A stretch of DNA of 64,000 nt from an uncultured delta proteobacterium (GTDB taxonomy: Bacteria; Myxococcota_A; Polyangia; Fen-1088), in assembly GCA_963737265.1 (NCBI GenBank), contig CAVTRY010000013.1, positions 320,001-384,000 of the forward strand, given 5' to 3'. The notes beneath the pieces were generated by a model that saw only the letters and a program-made list of their open reading frames with translations, was not told the DNA's origin and made no database searches. Every line of letters starts with the position of its first letter. The stretch's first letter is position 1. This document shows, one piece after another, positions 49,985 to 58,089 of this stretch. The position numbers and the translations under genes are program-made.

Positions 49985-50506
49985 ATGCCGTCGTACCTAG
50001 CCGATTTCGAGACGGAGTACCTGCGGCTCGGGCCGAAGTCGTTCGAGCGGGCCTATCCTTGGCCCATGCTCATCGTGGCCGGTATCACCGGCGTGCTCGC
50101 CGACAACCTCAGCAAGAGCGGCACGATGGCGGCGACCACCAGCGCTGTCTTGCAGATTACAGCGCTGGCCGGACGTGTGTTTCCCGTGGTCAAGGGCCGC
50201 AACTCGGCGCCCGGACCGGTCAGCATCGGCCGCACTTCGGACAACGATGTGGCCATTCCCGAGTACACCATCTCCACTCGTCATTGCATGCTGGCGCTGG
50301 TCGACGGCGAATACCGGCTGACCGATATGGGCTCCATCAACGGCACCCTGGTCGACGGCGTGCAACTGGCACCGCGCCAGCCGTGCCGCCTCAAGGGTGG
50401 CGAAACCGTGCGAATGGGCCGCTTTAGCCTGCTCTTCCACCTGCCCCGTGGCTTCGCCGAATACATGCGCCAGCGGACCGACCCGACCACTGCGCAGGAT
50501 CGCTGA
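49985..50506 (+). CDS. FHA domain protein
   Basis: IGR...NDV.I....IS..H and DMGS.NGT.VDG. Confidence 0.9.
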   Translation: MPSYLADFETEYLRLGPKSFERAYPWPMLIVAGITGVLADNLSKSGTMAATTSAVLQITALAGRVFPVVKGRNSAPGPVSIGRTSDNDVAIPEYTISTRHCMLALVDGEYRLTDMGSINGTLVDGVQLAPRQPCRLKGGETVRMGRFSLLFHLPRGFAEYMRQRTDPTTAQDR

Positions 50507-50626
50507 ACCACACGCAAGACCTCGACTCCATCTCGATGGTCAGTGGTCTTCCTTGCACTACGATGTCGATGCGGCAGGACAGTCTGCAACGGCTTGTTGG
50601 GCGGCACTTCCGCGGCTTGCGCTTCC

Positions 50627-51010
50627 TCATCGAAGTGGCTTGACGAAATTTGCGAAGTCATCGCGCTCTCGAAATTCATGTTTCGGGTAGAAGTCTCTCG
50701 CATATGACAGATCCGTCTTGTGGTTGTTGAGCATCAGCCGAACGCATCCGCGCTCGCGTGCCTCGCTTTCCACAGCTCGCAAGAGAAGGCCGCCGATTCC
50801 AAACCCGCGCATCGCACTGGCGACAAGGAGGTCCGACACGTACGCTTCCACGCCCTGGATCATCGGAAATGGCACGAAGTGGAACGCCACGTAGCCTGCG
50901 ACCTTCCAATCCAGCTCCGCCACAAGGATTCGGTCCAGTGTAGAAGAAGTGAAGAAAGTCAGCGACGCTACGACTGCGTTTCGATCAGCGACCCGACCGG
51001 GTTGCTCGGT
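50627..51010 (-). pseudogene. GNAT acetyltransferase cassette, 5'-truncated
   Basis: LLVASAMRGFGIGGLLL acetyl-CoA motif; no plausible start, runs into an attC half-site. Confidence 0.65.
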
Positions 51011-51056
51011 TCTGTAGTCTGCGCTGCAACAGTCAGCAACGGTTTGTTCGGCAGCG

Positions 51057-51420
51057 CTACGTGTGCCGCAGCCACCGGTCAAAGTCCATCGCTCCGTGGA
51101 GAATCGCGAGTATACGAACCTCGCCGGAAAAGACCTGATGCATGAGCCGAAGTCGGTAGACGAAGATCTCTCGAATCGACCGGCTCCCGATCTCCGGCAC
51201 GATCCGTCCACGTTCCGAGAGCACCGAGAGGGACTCCGCCGCAGCGAGGACACCTCCAGGACCTTGGCGGCGGCGGAAGGCGAATCAGCCGCGATGTATT
51301 GCAAGACCTCGTCGCACGCCGATTTGGTCGAGCATGTCGCGCAGGTATTGCGAATCAGCCGCGATGTATTGCAAGACCTCGTCGAGACAGTCCCGAGCGG
51401 ACGGAGAGTTTTCCACGCCT
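51057..51420 (-). pseudogene. RelE/ParE toxin remnant with a frameshift and a 35-bp internal duplication
   Basis: LDEVLQYIAADSPSAA in one frame, ERGRIVPE...REIFVYR.RL...ILAILHG in another; direct repeat 51280-51314 = 51350-51384. Confidence 0.7.
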
Positions 51421-51673
51421 TCGAGCACGCACGATTCTCGTTTTCTCCGTTCACTCGCGACCGTCGACAAACTCCGACCCCAGCAAAAGCATCGTCCCGA
51501 TCGCCCCGCTACTCGAAAAGTCGACCTGTTTGCCCGTGGGCAGAAGAGTCACTCCTCCTCCCGAACCCGTGGCTTGGCTCAACCAGACGCTTAATCCGGC
51601 CGCGCGCGAATTCAGCCAGTCGGGGAATATCTATGGCTGCGGCCGGATCAAACGCCTACTTGTTAGCCAGCAC

Positions 51674-51710
51674 TTGCACGGAGGCTACGAATGTGTAAAC
51701 TTCTACACAT
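51674..51710 (+). promoter_or_regulatory. vapBC promoter with operator palindrome
   Basis: TTGCAC-N16-TAAACT; ATGTGTA-N6-TACACAT overlaps the -10 and the ATG (leaderless). Confidence 0.7.
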
Positions 51711-51909
51711 GGCGACCAACCTTGCTATCGATGACCGGCTGCTGAACGAGGCCGTCCGAGTCGGAGGCCAGCGAACGAAGAAGGGCACCGTGACGCAGGC
51801 TTTGGTGGAGTACGTTCAGCGACGGAAGCAGGCTCGGATCCTGGACCTGTTTGGGAAGATCGATTTTGATCCGAAGTACGACTACAAGCAGCAGCGCCGA
51901 CGCGCATGA
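51709..51909 (+). CDS. vapB: VapB antitoxin
   Basis: MATNLAIDDRLLNEA...TKKGTV..AL.EY. Confidence 0.88.
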   Translation: MATNLAIDDRLLNEAVRVGGQRTKKGTVTQALVEYVQRRKQARILDLFGKIDFDPKYDYKQQRRRA

Positions 51910-52325
51910 ACATCATCGTCGATACCTCGGTCTGGTCGCTTGCGCTTCGCAGACAGCGCTCATCGCATAGCGCCGAGACGCAGGAACTTGCCGAGTTGGT
52001 GCGGGAGGGCCGGGCGGCCATGCTGGGAGCTGTCAGGCAGGAACTCCTCTCGGGCGTCCGAGCGGATCAGCAGTTCGAAACGCTGCGCAATCATCTTCGT
52101 GCGTTCCCGGACGTCCCTTTGGAGGCTGAGGACTACGAGGAGGCCGCCTCCTTCTTCAACAAATGCCGAGCAAAGGGGATCCAGGGCTCCCACACAGACT
52201 ACCTCATCTGCGCCGCCGCCACCCGTCGAGGATTCGGCATCCTGACGACGGATACGGACTTGGCGAACTTCGCGCGCGTGCTCCCGATCGAACTCCACAC
52301 CCCGCGCGCGTCGGTGACTGGCTAA
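51906..52325 (+). CDS. vapC: VapC PIN-domain toxin
   Basis: IVDTSVW, QELL.G, TDYLI.A, ILTTD.D; ATGA coupling. Confidence 0.92.
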   Translation: MNIIVDTSVWSLALRRQRSSHSAETQELAELVREGRAAMLGAVRQELLSGVRADQQFETLRNHLRAFPDVPLEAEDYEEAASFFNKCRAKGIQGSHTDYLICAAATRRGFGILTTDTDLANFARVLPIELHTPRASVTG

Positions 52326-52339
52326 CGCCTTGCCGTTAA

Positions 52340-52762
52340 TTCTCATACCAGAGCGCGGCCTCGATGATATCGAGTTCGGCTCCGCCCGAATCTCGATGGG
52401 CTTCATCTGGTTGGAGCACGCAGCAGTGACCGCATCTCATCGCGGATGCACGCTCCATCGTCTTTCAGACGAACAGCGCTTCGGTCTCTCTCCCCCAGAA
52501 AGCAGGAATGCCAGGATGGCCGGCCTGTTTGACCTGGCATCCGCTGGTATTTTGGCGACCGCCAGCTGAGCACGCCGGCTCTTCGGCTCTTCGAATATTT
52601 GTGAAATCGGATCCGCACGCAGCCAGGCCACCAGCAATCGCCGCGCTTGGGCCACCGAATGAAGGTGCCTCGTCGTTGCCAGACGTGATCAACCACGGTC
52701 AAGACGTCACCGGGAACTTCAGCACGCATCTTCTTCAGCCAGTTCAAGCGATGTCTCCTCAA
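52340..52762 (-). pseudogene. Degenerate copy of the antitoxin-ParE cassette found at 56789-57324
   Basis: 52340-52460 closely matches 57015-57135; ParE is cut off at an attC half-site. Confidence 0.6.
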
Positions 52763-52865
52763 ATCTGTCGAACGCTATGCCGTTAAGCTGCGGGCGGCCG
52801 TCCGCGGCCGACCGTCTGTTAGACGTCACCTTTCGCATTTCGGTCCAGATCAGGAACCTGCGGCG

Positions 52866-53162
52866 TCACGACGCTCGACGAACACGTTCCCGCCGGATGC
52901 GCTCGTTGAGATAGACCTTCATCAGGGACTGGTAGGGGACATCCTGCTTGTTCGCCAAGGCTTTGAGTTCCTCGATCATCGAAATCGGAAGCCGCAGAGA
53001 GATAGCGGTCGTTGACGGTTTCAAGTTGGGAAAGGTCGGCTGCACGGCCTTGCTCCAATCGAAGGAGTCCGTGACATCGTGCTCGGCCCAGTATTTCCGC
53101 TCCGCGTCCTCGCTTGCGAAGTGAGGGACGGATACTTTGCTTCTTTTAGGTCGCTTGTTCAT
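52866..53162 (-). CDS. brnA: BrnA/CopG-family antitoxin
   Basis: VPHFASE..ER.YW..HD and ISLRLP......LK..A....VPYQSL. Confidence 0.85.
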   Translation of the reverse strand: MNKRPKRSKVSVPHFASEDAERKYWAEHDVTDSFDWSKAVQPTFPNLKPSTTAISLRLPISMIEELKALANKQDVPYQSLMKVYLNERIRRERVRRAS

Positions 53163-53454
53163 ATAGACCCCGTTCTCTTCGACTCATGTCTCGGGCGGAG
53201 ATGACCCTCACCAAATTTTCTCGAACCGTGAAAACGATCGCGAGTAGGCGGTCGGCGTCGGTCTTTCCAAGGGCCGCCAGGCGAATCTCTCTTTCGGAAT
53301 GCTTGTCGTCCGATGCCACGACGAGCGGTCGGTTGAAGAACGTCTCCTCCGCTTCCGCCCTCGATACATGATGGAGTTCCCAGTTCTTGTTCGCGTTGCC
53401 CTCATCCCACTGAAACCCAACGCAATGTGCGAGAATCTCAGGGAAGCCAGTCAT
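53146..53454 (-). CDS. brnT: BrnT toxin (DUF497)
   Basis: FQWDEGN..KN...H.VS..EAEE.F and RVISARDM. Confidence 0.9.
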   Translation of the reverse strand: MTGFPEILAHCVGFQWDEGNANKNWELHHVSRAEAEETFFNRPLVVASDDKHSEREIRLAALGKTDADRLLAIVFTVRENLVRVISARDMSRRERGLYEQAT

Positions 53455-53460
53455 CCGGTC

Positions 53461-53483
53461 ATGTATATACCAAGCATATACAT
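53461..53483 (-). promoter_or_regulatory. brnTA operator palindrome
   Basis: ATGTATAT-N7-ATATACAT perfect inverted repeat just upstream of the start. Confidence 0.7.
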
Positions 53484-53570
53484 CTGGCAAGACATCGTGC
53501 ATCACCATCGCGCTGGGCGTGTACGTCTAACGCCTTGCCGTTAAGCTTCAACGGCTTGTTCGGCGGCGGC

Positions 53571-53918
53571 CTACCGCCCAAGCATCACATCCACTCCGGA
53601 TAGCACAAGCTCCAGTTTTGCCTTGGGCAACTTGCCCACTCGCGCTGTCAGCTCAGACTTGTCGAGAGTCACGATCTGCGAGACGTTCGCCACCGATTCC
53701 TTGGGAAGCCCGGTCGCGCTCTCAGAAAGAAGGACGTTCCCCGGGGCTGACGCCCACTTCACGTTGCTCGTAAAGGTAACACAAACGGCAGTCGCGATTC
53801 GACTACGGTTCAAAGGATCACCTTGAATCACCAGAACTGGTCTGCGAAAACCTGGCTTCGATCCGCGCGGTTCACCAAGATCCGCCCACCACACCTCTCC
53901 CTGAGAGACCGTCACCAC
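53571..53918 (-). CDS. mazF: MazF/PemK toxin
   Basis: QGEVWWADL.EP.GS..GFRRPVLVIQ and GLPKESVANVSQI.TLDK. Confidence 0.92.
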   Translation of the reverse strand: MVTVSQGEVWWADLGEPRGSKPGFRRPVLVIQGDPLNRSRIATAVCVTFTSNVKWASAPGNVLLSESATGLPKESVANVSQIVTLDKSELTARVGKLPKAKLELVLSGVDVMLGR

Positions 53919-54148
53919 TCGCTGCGCTCCAGCGTACGCCGGGCAGCTCGCGGCGCAAATCCATCAGCTGGCTCCTTCACGTCGTCGAGAACACGATTCA
54001 TCGCCTCCGTTACGCTGTCCGGCGCGTGGCGCGCGACGTACTCGCTGAGTGCACACGAGTACACCTCGCTTCTCGACCGCTTCGCCCGGTGGGCGAGGGT
54101 CTCAGCCCTCTCAAAGATGTCGTCTGGAATGGAAACCGCCGTCTTCAT
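53912..54148 (-). CDS. mazE: RHH antitoxin partner of MazF
   Basis: MKTAVSIPDDIF..AE......SRSE.Y..AL..Y; leaderless promoter TTGACC-N16-TATACT with GTATAACC x2. Confidence 0.85.
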   Translation of the reverse strand: MKTAVSIPDDIFERAETLAHRAKRSRSEVYSCALSEYVARHAPDSVTEAMNRVLDDVKEPADGFAPRAARRTLERSEW

Positions 54149-54201
54149 ACTCGCAGTATAACCCGGTATAACCTTCGGTCAACCCTCACTGCATCACGTC
54201 C

Positions 54202-54261
54202 GCCCAACGCTTTGCCGTTAAGCGGCGGGCCAAGCCCGTCCGCTGCAATGACTTGTTAGGC
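54202..54261 (-). other. Intact 60-bp attC site
   Basis: Minus strand GCCTAAC-AAGTC-ATTGCAGC...GCTTAAC-GGCAAAGC-GTTGGGC, same box layout as the aadA7 attC. Confidence 0.85.
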
Positions 54262-54492
54262 TGCGCCCCGCCGGAGGGAGCGAACGGAAACCAGATCCTC
54301 GTCCATGACATTTCGGACGTCACCCTCGTGAAGCGTCACCAGCGCCTGGGTCCGGCCCGATGCAGTCACAAACTCCACGTCGAGTCCATCCGGATCATAC
54401 GTGCCCACGACAGCGCCCAGATCCCCGCATCGCAGACCGTCGCCTGGAAGGTCCCGAATCAAAACTACCGTGTCGAGTTCTTTGAACTTCAT
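54256..54492 (-). CDS. DUF4926-like protein
   Basis: ELDTVVL.RDLP..GL..GD.GAVV..Y......VEF....G.T.A. Confidence 0.8.
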   Translation of the reverse strand: MKFKELDTVVLIRDLPGDGLRCGDLGAVVGTYDPDGLDVEFVTASGRTQALVTLHEGDVRNVMDEDLVSVRSLRRGAA

Positions 54493-54833
54493 GACGTCTC
54501 ACCCGGAAATGCTGTGACAAATCTCGGAAAGCTCTCGCCAGTCCGCACCATCCAGACCGTTACTGTTTCTGCGCCCCGTCCAGATGGCCCGACAAGCATA
54601 CCACGCACCTCGTACTTTTCCCCGAACGCACTGGGCTGGCCCTCGGTGGCGGTCCCGGATCGGCAAAGCGTGAGGAGGTCGGCCTGCAGCCGCGACCAGT
54701 CAGACCGTTCGTAGCCGAGTGACCGAAAGAAGACGGCCTTGAATCGACCAACCGGATGCTCGGGCGACAACAGGTAGTCGCGAACTTTCGCGATGTCGAT
54801 GGATGCATGCTCGGCTCCCGGTATCATTTCCAA
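54489..54833 (-). CDS. DUF6883-like putative toxin/nuclease
   Basis: AKVRDYLL...HP.G..KA.FF..LG...FG.KY...TVW...PRFVTA.P. Confidence 0.72.
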   Translation of the reverse strand: MEMIPGAEHASIDIAKVRDYLLSPEHPVGRFKAVFFRSLGYERSDWSRLQADLLTLCRSGTATEGQPSAFGEKYEVRGMLVGPSGRGAETVTVWMVRTGESFPRFVTAFPGETS

Positions 54834-54937
54834 TTTCCCTCAAGCCAGCCTAACGCTTTGCCGTTCAGCGGCGGGCGCCGAAGGCGACCGTCAGTCAGCT
54901 AAAGGTAGTTGCAAATGGAAACGGGGACGTCCCAAAA

Positions 54938-56245
54938 GTGCCGAAGTCCGAAACCATGACGAAGGATGTCATCCCCATGAAGAAGCGTATCTATCGCAGA
55001 ATGCCCGTCAATGATTTTCAACCACAAAGCATCTCGCCCGCCGACCTGGGCGGCAAGCTGGTCCTCGCCATCGATGTCGCCAAGGTCGACATGGTTGCAG
55101 CGTTCGCTGGCGCCGACGGGCGTGTGCTGCACACCATCTCTTGGAAAGCCCCAGAGCAGAACCCCACGGTGCTCTCCATCCTGCGCGGCTACCGCACCGC
55201 CGGCATCATCGTCGAAGCCGTCATGGAGCCTTCCGGAACCTACGGCGATGTGCTTCGCCACCAGCTCGAACAGGACCGCTTTCCGATCTTCATGGTCAGC
55301 GGCAAGCGCACCCACGATGCGAAGGAAATCTTCGACGGCGTGCCCAGTCTTCACGACGCCAAGGCTGCCGCCATCATCGCCAGGCTGCACGCCGACGGCC
55401 TTTCCACCCGCCTGCCTGACGAAGTCCCAGAACGTCGGCAGCTCAAGGCAGCACTGGCCATCATGGATCTGCACCAGGAGCGCTACCTGCAGCTCGTGCA
55501 TCGCTTGGAAAGCTGGCTCGCTCGCCACTGGCCCGAGTTGCCCAGCCTGCTTGATTTGACCTCGGCATCGCTTATGGCGCTGGTCGCGCGTATCGGCGGT
55601 CCTGCCGATGTCGCCGCTGCCCCGGACAAGGCGACGAAGCTCCTTCGTGGTATCAGTCACAGGCTGATTGCCGACGACGACGTTGCTGCCGTTGTCGCCT
55701 CGGCCAGCACCTCCGTCGGCGTCCCGATGGTCGGGCTTGAACGCGACGCTTTGATGGTAATCGCCGAAGAGGCCTATGACGCCCACCGGGCCTTCAGCAC
55801 GGCCAAGACGAAAGTCGAAAAACTCGCCGCCACCACGCCCGCCGCCGCGCTTGCCCCCGTCGTCGGCCGCACCACCGCTGCCGCCATCTTCGCCGAGGTC
55901 GGTGATGCACGATCGTACTCGTGTACACGCGCTTTCCTCAAAGCCATGGGCCTCAACCTCAAGGAGAAAAGCAGCGGTACCATGCACGGTCAGATCAAGA
56001 TCACCAAGCGTGGTCCATCCCGCGTACGCCAGCTACTCTGGCTCGCCATCTTCCGCTGGATTCAGGATGATCCCATCGCCAACGCCTGGTACCAGCGCAA
56101 AAAGCAACGAGACGGCGGCCGAGCCTCGCGAGCTGCCGTCGCGCTGATGCGCAAGCTGGCCAAGGGGCTGTACCACGTCGGTCGCGGTGGCACCTTTGAT
56201 AGCAGCAAGCTCTTCGACACACGCCGTCTGCAGGTGACGACGTAG
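54938..56245 (+). CDS. IS110-family recombinase (RuvC-like DEDD + Tnp domain)
   Basis: LAIDVAK, MEPSG, HDAKAA, GLNLKEKSSG...ITKRG...R.LL, A.VALMRKL; start may be ATG 54956 or 54977. Confidence 0.93.
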   Translation: MPKSETMTKDVIPMKKRIYRRMPVNDFQPQSISPADLGGKLVLAIDVAKVDMVAAFAGADGRVLHTISWKAPEQNPTVLSILRGYRTAGIIVEAVMEPSGTYGDVLRHQLEQDRFPIFMVSGKRTHDAKEIFDGVPSLHDAKAAAIIARLHADGLSTRLPDEVPERRQLKAALAIMDLHQERYLQLVHRLESWLARHWPELPSLLDLTSASLMALVARIGGPADVAAAPDKATKLLRGISHRLIADDDVAAVVASASTSVGVPMVGLERDALMVIAEEAYDAHRAFSTAKTKVEKLAATTPAAALAPVVGRTTAAAIFAEVGDARSYSCTRAFLKAMGLNLKEKSSGTMHGQIKITKRGPSRVRQLLWLAIFRWIQDDPIANAWYQRKKQRDGGRASRAAVALMRKLAKGLYHVGRGGTFDSSKLFDTRRLQVTT

Positions 56246-56271
56246 CCATGGTGGTGTTGGAACGACCCATG

Positions 56272-56615
56272 TTGAACATTCTGGATTTCCGAAGGGTGAC
56301 CTTCTGTTGAAGCGTATCTCTGCCATGTGCAAGAGCGCCGTCTGTCTTGAGGCACCCCGAGGATTTTTGATCTGACCCTGTCCATCTTGGTCAGACCCAC
56401 TTGCAGAAAAGGAGCAAACAACCAAAGCAAACCAATTCCTTGAACGTGTGAGATATCCGACGGGTGACCTCCTGTTGAAGCTCATCTCTGCCTTGTGCAA
56501 GAGCGCTGTCTGTTTCGAGGCACCCTGAGGATCCATCGACCTGACCCAATCTCCGTTGCAAGCTGACTCGATGCCGGCCCTCGCGGACATCCTACTGGAG
56601 CGTTTCGTTTACCCA
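56272..56615 (+). ncRNA. Putative bridge/seek RNA: two tandem target-binding loops + one donor-binding loop
   Basis: Repeats 56272-56378 and 56440-56547 fold as stem / internal loop / hairpin, and the loop strands match both halves of the attC target; 56560-56568 matches the IS left end; boundaries approximate. Confidence 0.7.
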
Positions 56616-56788
56616 GGCCGATTGCCGCCCGATCTCTCGCCCGCTCAATCCGCTTCGCGTACCAGATCCTTTCCACCGCATCTTTCAGACTGCGGAACGG
56701 ATCTCGTGTGCCCAGACGACCCCGATCACTCCCTGTTCTTTTTACTTGCACTGCCTACGAGCGCTGCAACGGCTTGTTCGGCGGCACC

Positions 56789-57082
56789 TCACCGCCGATG
56801 CTTCCAAACCTCGGGATCGCGATGAAGATGGATGACACCAAAGAGTATGATCTTGTCGAACTCGTCGACGAAGTACAAACCGTAGGGGAAGCGCCCGACC
56901 TTTGCCATGCGCATCCCCACTTCTCTCTCCTGAAACATGAGCGGATTCTCAGCAATTCGAGCAACCGCCCTTTCAACCTCAAGCGAGAACTCCGCCCCGA
57001 ATCCTTCGCGTTCGTTCTCATACCAGAGCGCGGCCTCGATGACATCAAGCTCGGCTTCCGCCCGAATCTCGACGGGCTTCAT
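56789..57082 (-). CDS. parE: RelE/ParE toxin
   Basis: AE.D..EAA.WYE....G.G..F......RI..NP...RFPY...HLHRDP..W. Confidence 0.9.
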   Translation of the reverse strand: MKPVEIRAEAELDVIEAALWYENEREGFGAEFSLEVERAVARIAENPLMFQEREVGMRMAKVGRFPYGLYFVDEFDKIILFGVIHLHRDPEVWKHRR

Positions 57083-57324
57083 CTGGTTGGAGAACGCAGG
57101 ATCGATCGCATCTCATCGCGAAACTCGCTCCACGGGCGAGAACTACCCTTGCCCGAACGATACGCTGCAAGACGTTCCGCCAGAATCTTTCGGTGCCAGT
57201 CCGGCACCGGAATCTGCTCGGGTTTCGACACGACGCGAGCCCAAAGAGCCTCAAGGTAGTCGAGCTTTTCCTCGACGGAAAGTTCGTCGAATCCGGGAGG
57301 GGCAGTGATGGGGACCGATGCCAT
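57079..57324 (-). CDS. Addiction-module antitoxin (TIGR02574-like)
   Basis: LSVEEKLDYLEALW...VPDWH..IL.ERL.......PWSE; ATGA-coupled to parE. Confidence 0.85.
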   Translation of the reverse strand: MASVPITAPPGFDELSVEEKLDYLEALWARVVSKPEQIPVPDWHRKILAERLAAYRSGKGSSRPWSEFRDEMRSILRSPTR

Positions 57325-57393
57325 GGAGGAAGTATACCTCCGATGCGGCCTTTGGACAGCCGCTTGTGTGGGCCGGTCACCACGCGCGTGTCC

Positions 57394-57412
57394 GTCGAAC
57401 TTACTATTAGCC
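57394..57412 (-). other. attI-like simple site heading the cassette array
   Basis: Minus strand GGCTAAT-AGTAA-GTTCGAC; the GTTCGAC complements the first cassette's GCCGAAC end; no attC hairpin upstream. Confidence 0.5.
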
Positions 57413-57650
57413 TGCAAAGAGTACCCCAATATTTCTGCGAGCGTCTCGCAAGCTTTCAGGCGCGGACGGAGACGGTCTGCCCGTGACTTCGCGGGGTTCG
57501 ACTTCGGGGAGGTTTGCCATTCCACTGCTGGCGCCTCGGATTGGCGTGCGCGCAAGCTTGATAAGACGATAACAAAACGCTGCCAGGCAGCTGGATATCA
57601 CCGGTCGAGGGGGCTGCGAACGCCGCAGGCACTGAAGCTACGTGGTAGGT

Positions 57651-57994
57651 GGCTTCGGTGAACGTGTACGTTGACCCAAGCCACGTTGCATGGGGCTTCG
57701 CTGGACGTATACGTTCGCCAAGCCTACGTCGTACGGGGCTTTCGTGGACCGACGCGTTGGAAGAAGCCGCGTTGGACGTGGCTTCGCTGGACGCATACGT
57801 TCGCCAAGGCTGCGTGGGACGTGGCTTCGCTGGACGTATACGTTCGCCAAGGCTGCGTGGGACGGGGCTTTCGTGGACCGCCGCGTTGGGAAAGGCTGCG
57901 TGAGACGCGGCTTTGCTGGACGTATACGTTGGCCGAGGCTGCTTGGTACGGGGCTTTCGTGGACCGACGCGTTGGGCGGGGACGTCTACGGCCA
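57651..57994. repeat. Non-coding tandem array of 8 x 43-bp degenerate units
   Basis: GGCTT starts at 57651, 57694, 57737, 57780, 57823, 57866, 57909 and 57952. Confidence 0.9.
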
Positions 57995-58089
57995 CGACCA
58001 CCCTTCGTCGCCCTGCCAGGCGAGAGAATTGGCCTTGGAATGGTGCCTTCAGCCCGGCGCCCCGCGATGTCGCTGCGCTTGTCGCGGGA

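Larger units (their letters stand above)
54893..56761 (+). mobile_element. IS110-family (IS1111-type) element inserted in attC
   Basis: Removing 54893-56761 restores CCGTC|CGCTGCAACGGCTTGTTCGGC, matching the intact attC; imperfect subterminal IRs (AGGTAGTTGCAA / TTGCACTGCCT); ~515-bp 3' non-coding end; no target duplication. Confidence 0.85.
50583..57412 (-). mobile_element. Integron cassette array without integrase (CALIN), read on the minus strand
   Basis: Related attC sites or half-sites at 50583-50602, 51031-51052, 51577-51668, 52320-52339, 52767-52824, 53525-53564, 54202-54261 and 54848-54892+56762-56782; cassette ends are mutually complementary (e.g. GTTAGAC/GTCTAAC, GTTAGGC/GCCTAAC). 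Confidence 0.85.

Noticed and set aside
45576-50506. Kinase-PEGA-Kelch-FHA cluster as a novel system
   Set aside because: A common myxobacterial arrangement; kinase motifs are canonical
50627-51454. 275-aa ParE-GNAT fusion ORF
   Set aside because: It reads through an attC half-site and a frameshifted ParE; it is a chance join of two decayed cassettes
56272-56547. TIGR-Tas-type guide array
   Set aside because: Only two ~107-nt units, next to a full IS110 recombinase with the SSG serine and inside IS ends; fits bridge RNA loops better
57651-57994. CRISPR array
   Set aside because: Units are degenerate along their whole length, with no constant repeat plus unique spacer structure, and there are no cas genes in the window
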